NCBI GenBank assembly: GCA_035285545.1
Contig: JAYKGY010000135.1
Coordinates: 1 to 64,000, forward strand
Source of the DNA: Snowella sp.
GTDB taxonomy: Bacteria; Cyanobacteriota; Cyanobacteriia; Cyanobacteriales; Microcystaceae
Length of the DNA: 64,000 nucleotides
Reading direction: 5' to 3'
Shown piece after piece: positions 42,696 through 52,475 of this stretch; position 1 is the stretch's first letter; each line of letters begins with the position of its first letter. The position numbers and the translations under genes were made by a program. The notes beneath the pieces are model-generated. The model worked only from the letters and a program-made list of their open reading frames with translations, made no database searches and had not been told where the DNA came from.

Positions 42696-42989
42696 GAGCC
42701 AAAATTAAGATTAATGGTTAATCGTAGCAGAGCGATTCTTTGGAAAAAAATAAAAGCTGGGTACGATAATTCAAGCAATATTTAAGAGACAAATGCACTC
42801 GGCTTGATCCCTTTATTGCAGAGCGTTGAGCAAAATGGCAATGGCCATTAAATGCCTAACAACTTAACCACTTATTTTACTTAAAAATAGAGAGTTTTTG
42901 GTGTCTCAATTAGCAATTTTCTTAATGGACAATAAAAAAATGATTTTAATGAATTTCTTGGCAAAAAAATAGATTGATCGAAAAACACT

Positions 42990-43025
42990 GAATAGGGAAT
43001 AGGGAATAGGGAATAGGGAATAGGG
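42990..43025 (+). repeat. Heptamer short tandem repeat (GAATAGG)x5, STRR-like
   Basis: Five perfect copies read directly from the sequence. Confidence 0.95.
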
Positions 43026-43057
43026 AAATTTCAGACAAGTAAATCTTAGATTAAATT

Positions 43058-43489
43058 TTAATTTTCCATGCTTGGTAATATTCCGACTTCAAACCAATAT
43101 TGATAAAAAATAGCGATCGTCTCTTTTAATTTTTTAATTCCCATCGGCTTCACTAAATAACTATTCGCGCCATAAAAATAACAGGTTTCAATATCTTTCG
43201 GATTAGCAGAAGTCGTTAAAACTACGATAGGAATAGCTTTGAGCCTATCCCGCTGTTTAATTTGTTGGATCACTTCCCGCCCATCCGTACCGGGTAAATT
43301 CAAGTCCATCAAAATTAAAGACGGTCGGGGGGCATCGGCAAAGGAATTTTTTTGGTACAAATAGCCAAGGGCATCTTCCCCATCACAAACGCGATGAAGC
43401 GAACAGGTAATGGCGAGTTCCCGCAACACACGACGCAGTGCTTCAAAGTCCTCATCACTGTCTTCTACTACTAAAATCAAATCATCCAT
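43058..43489 (-). CDS. Single-domain response regulator, Rcp1/RcpB-type phytochrome partner
   Basis: VEDSDED, LMDLNLPGTDG, GANSYLVKP, C-terminal YWFEVGILP. Confidence 0.9.
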   Translation of the reverse strand: MDDLILVVEDSDEDFEALRRVLRELAITCSLHRVCDGEDALGYLYQKNSFADAPRPSLILMDLNLPGTDGREVIQQIKQRDRLKAIPIVVLTTSANPKDIETCYFYGANSYLVKPMGIKKLKETIAIFYQYWFEVGILPSMEN

Positions 43490-43518
43490 TTTAATGCGCG
43501 GCTATTGTCTTCTGGATT

Positions 43519-45804
43519 CTATAGTTTTGTCGTCGGCAAAGTAAAGTAAAAAGTACTTCCCTCACCATAGACAGATTCAATCCAAATTTTTCCATGATGT
43601 CGCTCTAAAATTTTCTTAACGATTGTTAGACCCACTCCCGTTCCTCCGCCATACTTGTTGAGGGCGTGTAATCGCTTAAAAATGCGGAAAATAGTATCAA
43701 AATGTTTTTCTTGGATACCAATCCCATTATCTTTAATATAAAAGGTTAAGAATTTGAAATTTTCTGAGGCGATCGCTGGGGAAACTTCTGACTCTAAATA
43801 GCCAATTTCCACCCACCTTTCAGCGTTGTTATTGTATTTCAGCCCATTGCCCACAAGATTTGTCAAGACTTCTTCTAAAAGAACGCGATCGCCGAGTACG
43901 GGCGGTAAGGGCCGAGGAATCCGAATTTCAATATTGTCCTGCTTTTTCGTGACGGTAAAAAGTTCCCCAATCGATTGCAGAGACTGATTGAGATCCAAGG
44001 TTTGAAAATTTAACTCCTGACGACCCAAACGGGAGAAATGCAACAGCGCATTAATCAGATCCTCCATCCGTTTCGTCAATTTCACCAAAGTATGGAGCTT
44101 ATCAACCCCTTCTTCATCCAGTACATCGGCATAGTCTTCTAACAAAAAGGTGGAATAATTATGAATCCCCCGTAATGGTTCTTTGAGATCGTGGGAAGCC
44201 AAATAGGCAAAGGCATCTAGTTCCGTATTACTCCGCTCCAGTTCTAAATTAATGGCGGCTAACTCATTGACTTTGCGTAACACAATCCCCACCACCGCAC
44301 TCCGCAGTTCAACGGCTCCTTCAATTTCCCAGGGTTTCCAAGGAAGGGCTTGCAAACGAACGGTTTCTTGCCACAATTCAAAGGATTGGCGGGGAAAAAT
44401 CGTCAGGGATCCGTCTGCTTCAATGCGTTGTGGCTTATGGGGATTACCTGCCCAATTGACTTTTTGGAGGATTTCAGGTCGGAACCACAGGACGTAATTT
44501 TTTTGAACTTTGGTAATGGAGAGGGCTAATAAACCGCTAGCGACTTGTTTAAACGCGATCGCGGGCGGATAAATCTGGGGCAACACCTGGGTGACAAACA
44601 GATCGTTTTGAAACTTATCGTCTAACCAATCAATTAAATCCGATAAGGCTTCTTCGGGGGGAGTATTGCCCACTTTGACCAAATTTCCTTCGGTATAAAC
44701 AGCCGCGCCTTCTGCCCCGACGAGGGCTAACAGGCTATTGCGGTCTTTGACCAAAGCATCGGTAATATTTTCCGCCTGGCCTAACGTGTTAATTAATTGA
44801 GCCTGTACCGACTTCAAAAACAGTTTATAGTCCAAATCTTCATTGGCTTCTTTAGCGGCTAACTCCAAGGACATCACCTGACCGAGAAATTCGCATAGGT
44901 TTCGGGTTTCGTAGGGAATGAAATAGGGCGTTTGATGATGGCAAGCAATGAGTCCCCACAGTTTCCCCTCCTTGAGCAAGGAAATGGTCATGGTTGCACT
45001 GACTCCCATATTTTTTAGATATTCAATATGGATAGGGGATACACTCCGCAATACACTGAAACTCAGATCCAAGGGAGTGTGGCGATCGCTGTCTAGGGCA
45101 ATAATAGGGATCGGCTCATAGTCCACCGTAGGAATCAGACGCAACAGATTGAGGGTATAGAGTTGCTTGGCCTGACGCGGAATATCGGAATCGGGATAAT
45201 GTAAGCCTAAATAGGATTCTAGGGTGTCTAATCGATCTTCTGCAACAATATTGCCGGCTCCCGTTTCATCAAATTGATACACCATCACGCGATCAAAACC
45301 CGTCAGTTGACGGATCTCTTTGGCCATAACCTCACACAGTTCACTGATATTGGCCGCACTTTGGAGTTTGAGTAAAATTTTTTTGGAGGACTGGTAGAAC
45401 TGGAGCGGATTAATCAGATGATTGGCCCCATTTGGCTCCAATTCTAAAATAATGGCATCATCGTCTAAGGCATGAACAATCCCATTGAAGGGCTGGACAC
45501 CATTAGCCGTTGTCAGGGAAAGTTTTAGGGGATTAATTTGTTCAAAATGACGCTCTAAACAGCCTTCTATGGCTGCGATTTGCTCGTTTTCTAATAAAAG
45601 GCTGAGGGGTTGCCCTAACATTGCGTCACTGGCTAGCCCAATTACGGCTTCCGCATTATCGCTCACCTGGGTAATTTGCCAATCGGCGAGTAATACCACC
45701 AATAAAAGCCCGTGGGGTTGAATCGCGCCAGGAATATGGATGGGTTCGCGATCGCAATTGGTTAAATTAATCGTTTCGTTCTCTACAGACTGGTAGGTAG
45801 TCAC
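43519..45804 (-). CDS. Bacteriophytochrome-type light sensor histidine kinase (CphB/AphB-like), PAS-GAF-PHY-HK
   Basis: N-terminal CDREPIHIPG, SDIP, LRSVSPIH (no GAF Cys), WAG, PRQSF, SHDLKEPLR. Confidence 0.92.
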   Translation of the reverse strand: MTTYQSVENETINLTNCDREPIHIPGAIQPHGLLLVVLLADWQITQVSDNAEAVIGLASDAMLGQPLSLLLENEQIAAIEGCLERHFEQINPLKLSLTTANGVQPFNGIVHALDDDAIILELEPNGANHLINPLQFYQSSKKILLKLQSAANISELCEVMAKEIRQLTGFDRVMVYQFDETGAGNIVAEDRLDTLESYLGLHYPDSDIPRQAKQLYTLNLLRLIPTVDYEPIPIIALDSDRHTPLDLSFSVLRSVSPIHIEYLKNMGVSATMTISLLKEGKLWGLIACHHQTPYFIPYETRNLCEFLGQVMSLELAAKEANEDLDYKLFLKSVQAQLINTLGQAENITDALVKDRNSLLALVGAEGAAVYTEGNLVKVGNTPPEEALSDLIDWLDDKFQNDLFVTQVLPQIYPPAIAFKQVASGLLALSITKVQKNYVLWFRPEILQKVNWAGNPHKPQRIEADGSLTIFPRQSFELWQETVRLQALPWKPWEIEGAVELRSAVVGIVLRKVNELAAINLELERSNTELDAFAYLASHDLKEPLRGIHNYSTFLLEDYADVLDEEGVDKLHTLVKLTKRMEDLINALLHFSRLGRQELNFQTLDLNQSLQSIGELFTVTKKQDNIEIRIPRPLPPVLGDRVLLEEVLTNLVGNGLKYNNNAERWVEIGYLESEVSPAIASENFKFLTFYIKDNGIGIQEKHFDTIFRIFKRLHALNKYGGGTGVGLTIVKKILERHHGKIWIESVYGEGSTFYFTLPTTKL

Positions 45805-45985
45805 GCTGAAATACTTTTTATTTTAAAATAGCTTATCTCTGTTCAATTTAAAATCACCCAAAGTTAGTAAACAGTCGTCACTCAACATTTTTTTGTAATG
45901 CCATTGTTGCATCCTTCATTTCGTCAGTATCATGAAGTGACCACGACTTTCTAGCGCGTTTTGGGTGCTTAAGGGTATCAGTTAG

Positions 45986-47317
45986 ATGATTCCGACGTTC
46001 CGCTTTTATTTATTTTTAATGCTCGGTGGCGCGATCGCGGTATGGATGGCCATCGTCTTTTCCCAGGCGGCTGCGTTAAGGGTGTTGTTGCTCTACGATC
46101 TGGGTTTACTGATCTTGGGTTTTATAGATGCCTATCGGGTGAAATTCCATCGCGTCGAAGTTAGTCGTTCTCCCCTGGCTCGGCTCTCGATTGGTCAAGA
46201 TAATCCCGTTGAATTAATCCTTAAAAATCAGCAATATCCCGCTCAGGTTTGGTTAAAGGATGACTATCCCGTAAATTTTTCCGTATCAGTCACTGAATTG
46301 AAGGCGAGTTTAGCCCCCCACGGGGAACAAACCTTAACCTATGCCGTTTATCCCCAACAACGGGGTCAATACGAGTGGAAAGATCTGCATCTTCGTCAGT
46401 TAGGCCGCTGGGGGTTGGCGTGGCAGGGTTGGAAGGTTTCGGCGAGTCAATCCGTGGCCGTTTATCCCGATCTGTTATCGTTGCGATCGCTGTCGATTCG
46501 GTTAACCCTGGAAAGTTCCGGCACGATGCGACAAGCCCGAAGAATTGGATTAGGAACAGAATTTGCAGAATTGCGGGAATATCAGCACGGCGATGACCTG
46601 CGTTATATGGACTGGAAAGCCACCGCCCGTCGTCAACGTCCCTTAGTCCGAGTGCTAGAACCGGATCGGGAACAAACGGTCATGATTCTTTTGGATCGGG
46701 GTCGTTTAATGACGGCCCAGGTACAGGGGTTGAAACGTTTTGATTGGGGTCTAAATACGGCCTTATCTTTGGCCTTGACTGCCCTTCATCGCGGCGATCG
46801 TGTCGGTATCGGGGTTTTTGATCGAGATATTACAGCTTGGATTGCACCTGAGCGCGGGCAACACCATCTCTCCCATTTAATCGAACGATTAACTCCCATT
46901 CAACCTGTGCTATTAGAACCGGACTATCTGGGGGCAGTGTCTAAAGTGGTTAATCAACAAACCCGTCGTGCCCTAATTGTTTTAATTACCGATATTGTGG
47001 ATCAAACCGCTTCTGCTGAACTATTAGGAGCCATGATGCGCCTAACGCCTCGGTATTTACCCTTTTGTATTGCGCTGCGGGATCCTCAAATTGATACTCT
47101 AGCTGCCGGTTCTTCCTCGCTTGTAGCCTCTAACCCTGATACTAGGATTCAAGCTGCCTATACCCGTGCTGTCGCGATCGATCTTCTCGCTCAACGCCAG
47201 GTTGCTTTTGCCCAACTCAAGCAGCGGGGGGTTTTAGTCTTAGATGCCCCGGCCCATCAAATGAGTAATCAATTAGTCGAACGATACCTACAACTGAAGG
47301 CGAAAAATTTACTTTAA
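45986..47317 (+). CDS. DUF58 (vWA-associated) protein
   Basis: GTEFAELREY, GDDLRYMDWKATAR, LDRGR. Confidence 0.9.
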   Translation: MIPTFRFYLFLMLGGAIAVWMAIVFSQAAALRVLLLYDLGLLILGFIDAYRVKFHRVEVSRSPLARLSIGQDNPVELILKNQQYPAQVWLKDDYPVNFSVSVTELKASLAPHGEQTLTYAVYPQQRGQYEWKDLHLRQLGRWGLAWQGWKVSASQSVAVYPDLLSLRSLSIRLTLESSGTMRQARRIGLGTEFAELREYQHGDDLRYMDWKATARRQRPLVRVLEPDREQTVMILLDRGRLMTAQVQGLKRFDWGLNTALSLALTALHRGDRVGIGVFDRDITAWIAPERGQHHLSHLIERLTPIQPVLLEPDYLGAVSKVVNQQTRRALIVLITDIVDQTASAELLGAMMRLTPRYLPFCIALRDPQIDTLAAGSSSLVASNPDTRIQAAYTRAVAIDLLAQRQVAFAQLKQRGVLVLDAPAHQMSNQLVERYLQLKAKNLL

Positions 47318-47415
47318 ATGCCGTCAATTTTTGCTTTTAATTAAGTTGACTAACTTACTATCCAGTCCTTGCTTCGATTTTTTATTGAGTTTGGTTCTTT
47401 TCTCAGGTTTCCTGA

Positions 47416-48894
47416 TTATAGCAATCGGGATAATACCTGATAAATCAAGCGAAATAAAGCCGTCACCGCCACTAGGCTCAAACCGACAAATCCGGCAATT
47501 AAGATAATCACAAAAAAAGCGTTTTGAAATAAGGGAGAAGAAAGGATTAAAGCGGGTTTGAGTTGGGTAATAAGGGGGGCGTTTTGTAAGGCAGGGAAAA
47601 ACCAAAACGGTAGGGCACTAAGTCCAGCAATGATCAGTAAATCCCAGTGTTCTATCATCCGTCGCCATTGGGCTAAGATTATGCTCGCGATCGCCATTCC
47701 AGCAAATCCGGCACTAATCCCTGCCCCAGGAAAAATACTCGTTGCAGCTAGCCAAATTAAGGAACCTTCAAAACCCGTAAAGGCGGCACTACTGAGTAAT
47801 TCCACGATCGAAAACGATTTTCTAGCGGATTTAGTTGCAACAGGAGCTACTTGAGCGCGAGGATTAGTAGGCTGAACTGGTTGGCTAGACTTTGGTGGCT
47901 GGAGCGTGGTTGATGCCCCTTGGGAAGTCGGTTGAGGAGGCGTTGTTGGCGCATTTAAGGCCGCTAAAACCTCTGTTGCGGATTGATACCGATCTTTGGG
48001 AGCCGCCAATAATAATCGGTCTAAGATCTGGGCGAAGCGATCGCTGACTTTCGGTGCAAAGGATCGCCAATTCCAAGCCGTATGGTAGGGATCGTATAAT
48101 TCATCAGCGGTTTTACCAGTGAGTAAATACAAACAGGTCACAGCCAAGGCGTACAGATCCGTCGCGGGATAAACTTGATTTCCTGTCATTTGTTCAGGTG
48201 GAGCAAATCCCATGGAATAAATTCCGGTTGAACCGCCCCCTGGCACATTACCCGCTGTTACCTGTTTAACCGCACCAAAATCCAGTAAATATAACGTCCC
48301 TTCTTGGTCGCGCATAATATTGGACGGTTTAATATCCCGATGAATCGAGCCTTTACTATGGACAAACTGAAGTACCTTGAGCATTTCTTCTAAAACAAAC
48401 CGTGCTTCCGCTTCCGAAAATTGTCCCTTGTCAGCCAATTCCTGTTCTAAGTTCTTCCCATTAATAAATTCTTGAACCAGGTAGAAAAATTGATCGGGTT
48501 TCCCTGTTCGGGCATTATCTACAATTAGGGGAAAAAAAGCGTATAAATCTGGGATTTGCTCATGTTTATTCCCCAATTGCTCTAATACGGTTGCTTCCCG
48601 TTCAAATAATCCCTGCGCGATCGCTAATTGTTGATCACTTAAATTTCCTGTCGGCTGAAACTGCTTCACCACACAAAACCGCATCGTTGGCGTAAACCGA
48701 TCCAATGCCAGAAACGCTGCCCCAAAGCCGCCCTGCCCTAGTAATCTAACGGGTAAATATCGCCCCGCCAAAATTAACGGCATTCCACAACTCATACAAA
48801 ATTTTTGTTGAGCCGTTTGTAGGGTGTTACGGTTATCCAAATCGGGAAAGCTATTTAGGCGATCGCATCCAGGGCGAGTGCAAAGAATATCCAT
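47416..48894 (-). CDS. spkF: Ser/Thr protein kinase with N-terminal Cys zinc ribbon and C-terminal TM region, SpkF-like
   Basis: C..PGC/C.SCG, GQGGFG, HRDIKPSN, DFG, APPE. Start ATG 48894. Paralogue assignment is from recall. Confidence 0.75.
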   Translation of the reverse strand: MDILCTRPGCDRLNSFPDLDNRNTLQTAQQKFCMSCGMPLILAGRYLPVRLLGQGGFGAAFLALDRFTPTMRFCVVKQFQPTGNLSDQQLAIAQGLFEREATVLEQLGNKHEQIPDLYAFFPLIVDNARTGKPDQFFYLVQEFINGKNLEQELADKGQFSEAEARFVLEEMLKVLQFVHSKGSIHRDIKPSNIMRDQEGTLYLLDFGAVKQVTAGNVPGGGSTGIYSMGFAPPEQMTGNQVYPATDLYALAVTCLYLLTGKTADELYDPYHTAWNWRSFAPKVSDRFAQILDRLLLAAPKDRYQSATEVLAALNAPTTPPQPTSQGASTTLQPPKSSQPVQPTNPRAQVAPVATKSARKSFSIVELLSSAAFTGFEGSLIWLAATSIFPGAGISAGFAGMAIASIILAQWRRMIEHWDLLIIAGLSALPFWFFPALQNAPLITQLKPALILSSPLFQNAFFVIILIAGFVGLSLVAVTALFRLIYQVLSRLL

Positions 48895-49018
48895 ACAGAA
48901 TACCCAAATCAATCAATGGGTCGATTTTGTTAAACAATTAATCAATTAAATTAAACGCTAATTTTTAAGGAAAATTGATATTTTACAGGTCTAATCGCGT
49001 TTGCATTGGGCTGTAGAA

Positions 49019-49348
49019 TTAGGTGGATAAACCGAAGGATAAACCACAGCTACAAGGGTTGACTGTATTAGGATTATTAAATCGAAAACCACCGCCCATT
49101 AAATCTTCGGCATAGTCTAATTTCAAATTCTCCATATAGGATAAGCTATCTTCATTGATTAGAATTTTAATGCCTTCGCTTTCGGTTTGCCGATCGCCGT
49201 CTTGAACGGATTCAGTGAGATCAAAGGTATAGAAAAAGCCAGAGCAACCACCGGATTTTACGCCAAGCCGAAAATAGCTGTTAGTTTGTCCCCGACTATT
49301 TTGCATTCGTTTAATTTCTTTAGCTGCCGTGTGACTGAGATGAATCAT
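49019..49348 (-). CDS. iscA: Fe-S assembly A-type carrier (IscA/HesB family)
   Basis: GGCSG, GGGFRFNNPN, CSCGLSF. Confidence 0.9.
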   Translation of the reverse strand: MIHLSHTAAKEIKRMQNSRGQTNSYFRLGVKSGGCSGFFYTFDLTESVQDGDRQTESEGIKILINEDSLSYMENLKLDYAEDLMGGGFRFNNPNTVNPCSCGLSFGLST

Positions 49349-49500
49349 AACCCAAGATTTTTAGTAATTACTCACTTATATTGTACTGATAGAGCTTGCC
49401 CATCGAGAATTTCAAGCAATTTAGCGACACTTTAATGCTTAAATAATGGGAACATAATCTTTCATAATTTTACAAGCTTAGAATCTCCAAAGAATGCGTT

Positions 49501-50289
49501 ATGTCCTCCTCCCTCCCACCCGACGGCCAAGAAAGAGACGTTAAAACCCTGGGGAGTGCATCCCTAGATGGGGCACCGCTTGCCTATATTGTCGTCCTAG
49601 CGGCAGTGGTCACGGCCCTTGCGTTTATTCCCTTCTCGATTATTCTAGGGTCAGGGGGAGGAATGCCCTTAAGTCAGAGTGTTTTCCCGCTCATTGGTTG
49701 GATTCTTGGCCCGATTGGTGGCGCGATCGCCAGTGGTATTGGTACCTTAGTTGGTGTATTGTTGGCTCCCTATACCGCAGGTGTTCCCTTTGTTTCCGTT
49801 CTCAGTGCCGCTTTAGCGAGTTTTGCCGCAGGAACAATGGTGTTAACGTCAAGACGACAATACTGGTGGATTGTTTTAACGATTATTTTAACCATTGAGC
49901 TTTTACTGTATTTAAGTCATGCCATTGCTCAAAATGGGGTTGCGATTTCCACCGCGATCGCCGGCTCCTTTGTGGACTGGTCAGCCCTCTTACTCTTTGC
50001 CTTGCCCACTCGTACCCTATTTGCCCGTTGGATTAATAGTGCCAATATTGCTTTGCTAGTAGCCGGTTTATTTTTAGGATCTTGGATGATTTCAGGGTTA
50101 GCCCATATTAATTCCGCCATGATTACCTACTATTTATTTAATTGGCCGGAAGAAATTTGGATTAGCCTGATTCCCATTATTCCCTTTGAAAATTTGATTC
50201 GTTCTCTCGCCGGAGCCGTCATTGGAGCAGGGGTGATCTCAGGATTACGGGTGATCGGTCTTGTCAAGCCCAAAGAAGCGATTTATTAG
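49501..50289 (+). CDS. Polytopic membrane protein, ECF S-component-like
   Basis: LAAV..AL..IP, GWILGP.GG motifs; about 8 TM helices. Confidence 0.5.
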   Translation: MSSSLPPDGQERDVKTLGSASLDGAPLAYIVVLAAVVTALAFIPFSIILGSGGGMPLSQSVFPLIGWILGPIGGAIASGIGTLVGVLLAPYTAGVPFVSVLSAALASFAAGTMVLTSRRQYWWIVLTIILTIELLLYLSHAIAQNGVAISTAIAGSFVDWSALLLFALPTRTLFARWINSANIALLVAGLFLGSWMISGLAHINSAMITYYLFNWPEEIWISLIPIIPFENLIRSLAGAVIGAGVISGLRVIGLVKPKEAIY

Positions 50290-50300
50290 TTTAAATACGC

Positions 50301-50322
50301 AAAAAGAGGTCGCATTGACCTC
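50301..50322 (-). terminator. Rho-independent terminator of apcABC
   Basis: GAGGTC-aatgc-GACCTC then TTTTT on the minus strand. Confidence 0.8.
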
Positions 50323-50366
50323 CCTTCGACGAACTAGAGTGATTGACTATTGGCAAATCAAGGGGA

Positions 50367-50570
50367 TTATACTAAACCCGTGTTAGTGCCAGGTTTGCCG
50401 GTAGCTAATTGAACTTTAATAATTTTTCCACCCATTTTCATAATCCGTTGCTGTTCACTGAACCAGTTATCATAGGCAACTAATTTGGTGAAATAAGTAT
50501 TTTGTAATTCGCGCTGTGTCCGAATACGGGTCTGGCTAGGAACACAAGCGGTTACTTTAAACATCCGCAT
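50367..50570 (-). CDS. apcC: Phycobilisome core linker LC7.8
   Basis: MRMFKVTACVPSQTRIRTQRELQNTYFTKLV. Confidence 0.99.
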   Translation of the reverse strand: MRMFKVTACVPSQTRIRTQRELQNTYFTKLVAYDNWFSEQQRIMKMGGKIIKVQLATGKPGTNTGLV

Positions 50571-50768
50571 GATTTTAAGATCTCCTTAAATTTTTGGTCA
50601 AAAAATACTCTAGATACGGCAAGGGTCGGGAGTCAGGAGTCAATACTAAACGGTCAAAACTTATTTCTAGAAAAACTTAGATATAAGCCTTTAACTGACT
50701 AGCACTCACTCTCTTACTCCCGAACCTAAAGGATAAACAACGCTATAGGTTGTCGATGTGGAGATGTT

Positions 50769-51254
50769 CTAGCTTAAACCAGAGCTAATGTAGTCTAAGT
50801 AAACACCGAGTTCTTTACCCGCTTCAGAACCCACTAAGCTAGCAGCAACTTCTTTGATTGCTTGAATCGCTTGAACGGTAGAGGAAATGGGTACACCTAA
50901 GGAGTTATAGGTTTCTTTTAATCCGTTGAGAACGCGCTCATCAAGGATAGAGGGGTCTCCAGCTAACATGGCATAGGTAGCATAACGGAGATAGTAGTCG
51001 AGGTCACGGATACAAGCCGCATAACGACGGGTGGTGTACATGTTGCCACCGGGGCGGGTAACATCAGAGTACAATAAGGATTTAGCAACCGCTTCTTTAA
51101 CGATGGTTGCTGCGTTTGCGCTTACAACACTAGCGGCACGAACACGAAGTTCTCCGGTGCTGAAGTAGCTTTGTAATTTGCTGATAGCGGAACTGTCGAG
51201 GTATTTACCTTGAACGTCAGCAGAGTTGATTACAGCCGTAATTGCGTCTTGCAT
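50769..51254 (-). CDS. apcB: Allophycocyanin beta subunit
   Basis: [19 protein letters not shown]. Confidence 0.99.
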   Translation of the reverse strand: MQDAITAVINSADVQGKYLDSSAISKLQSYFSTGELRVRAASVVSANAATIVKEAVAKSLLYSDVTRPGGNMYTTRRYAACIRDLDYYLRYATYAMLAGDPSILDERVLNGLKETYNSLGVPISSTVQAIQAIKEVAASLVGSEAGKELGVYLDYISSGLS

Positions 51255-51331
51255 AGTTTTTGTGTTTCCTTAGAATCTTGCTTAGGGTTAATGTTTGCTA
51301 AATTGAAGTAAAACGGGGATTTAAGTCCGTC

Positions 51332-51817
51332 TTAGCTCATTCTGCCGATAACATAATCAAAATAGCCACCTGCTTCTGCTGCATCTTCAGAAGAGAGTAA
51401 GCCACAGGCAACTTCTTTCAGTTCGCGGATACCTTGAGCAACTGCGTCAACGGGAGTGCCTAAGGATTTGTACATTTCACGAACACCGACTAAGCCGATT
51501 TCTTCAATGGGGGTAACGTCACCAGCAACTACACCGTAGGTTACTAAGCGGAGGTAGTAGTCCATATCCCGAAGACAGGTTGCAGTCATTTCTTGACCAT
51601 AAGCGTTTCCACCAGGGGAAACTACGTCAGGACGTTTTTGGAATAAGCGATCGCCAGCTTGTTTAACGATGGTATCGCGAGCACCAGAGAGGGTCTCGGC
51701 AATCCGAAGACGAGCGGCACCAGTGGTAACAAAAGACTTGATTCTGTCTAATTCGCCGGGGCTGAGGTAGCGAGCTTCTGCATCAGCATTCACGATTGAA
51801 TTCGTGACGATACTCAT
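51332..51817 (-). CDS. apcA: Allophycocyanin alpha subunit
   Basis: [27 protein letters not shown]. Confidence 0.99.
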   Translation of the reverse strand: MSIVTNSIVNADAEARYLSPGELDRIKSFVTTGAARLRIAETLSGARDTIVKQAGDRLFQKRPDVVSPGGNAYGQEMTATCLRDMDYYLRLVTYGVVAGDVTPIEEIGLVGVREMYKSLGTPVDAVAQGIRELKEVACGLLSSEDAAEAGGYFDYVIGRMS

Positions 51818-51967
51818 TGATGGATTCCTCCAAAAAATAAAAGTTATTAAATGGTGCTTAGGTTTACCTTATTAACCAGCGAGTTACTGAAAAAGGCGCA
51901 TTCTACACCTTTTGTTCAAATAACCTGCCCAATTATTTTCTGACATGGCGATCCCCTTCGTCCTAAA

Positions 51968-51985
51968 TTTGTAATAGTTTTTAAC
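51968..51985 (-). promoter_or_regulatory. HLR1 (RpaB) site upstream of apcA
   Basis: Minus strand GTTAAAAA-ct-ATTACAAA fits the 8-2-8 direct-repeat HLR1 pattern. Confidence 0.65.
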
Positions 51986-52013
51986 ATTCCGCTCAGATTC
52001 CACTCAGCAAAAA

Positions 52014-52367
52014 CTAAAGCGGCTCATAAAATCGACAGCCTTTACAAGGGCCACTAGGGTTGACGGCACACCGTAAAATTTCCGAATGGGCATTGAAGCG
52101 ACACTGACTATCCCCGATCACTAAATTTCCTTGCCATAGGCTTGTTTCACTGGGGGGCGTAGCGGATTGAACGTGAAGAGAGATTTTATTTAAGCGATAA
52201 CCGCCAATTTTGTATTGGTAATGGTGGCGACGTTCCAATACGGTGTAGGTTTTACCTTCGAGTTCTAAATGATTGCCTGGCTGGGGCATCCAATCGAGAT
52301 GAATTTTCCCCAATGACTGCGGGGGTTGCGTTAGGATTACCTCGGTGGGCAATAGGTCTGCTTCCAT
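52014..52367 (-). CDS. DUF6464-like cyanobacterial protein with C-terminal Cys cluster
   Basis: PQPG, VLERRHHYQY, C.FNA.SE..RCAVNP.GPC..C. Confidence 0.8.
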   Translation of the reverse strand: MEADLLPTEVILTQPPQSLGKIHLDWMPQPGNHLELEGKTYTVLERRHHYQYKIGGYRLNKISLHVQSATPPSETSLWQGNLVIGDSQCRFNAHSEILRCAVNPSGPCKGCRFYEPL

Positions 52368-52475
52368 GCGTTCAGTTTTGAGTAGGGTCTTTAAATTTTA
52401 GCGTTAGATTCAGAATCGGCTGAATAGCGATCGCGGTTTCCTGAAATTCTCTTCAAAAAATTAGTAATTTGTCAG

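Noticed and set aside
43519..45804. Calling the gene cph1
   Set aside because: The GAF chromophore Cys is absent and the N-terminal Cys is present, indicating BphP/CphB type.
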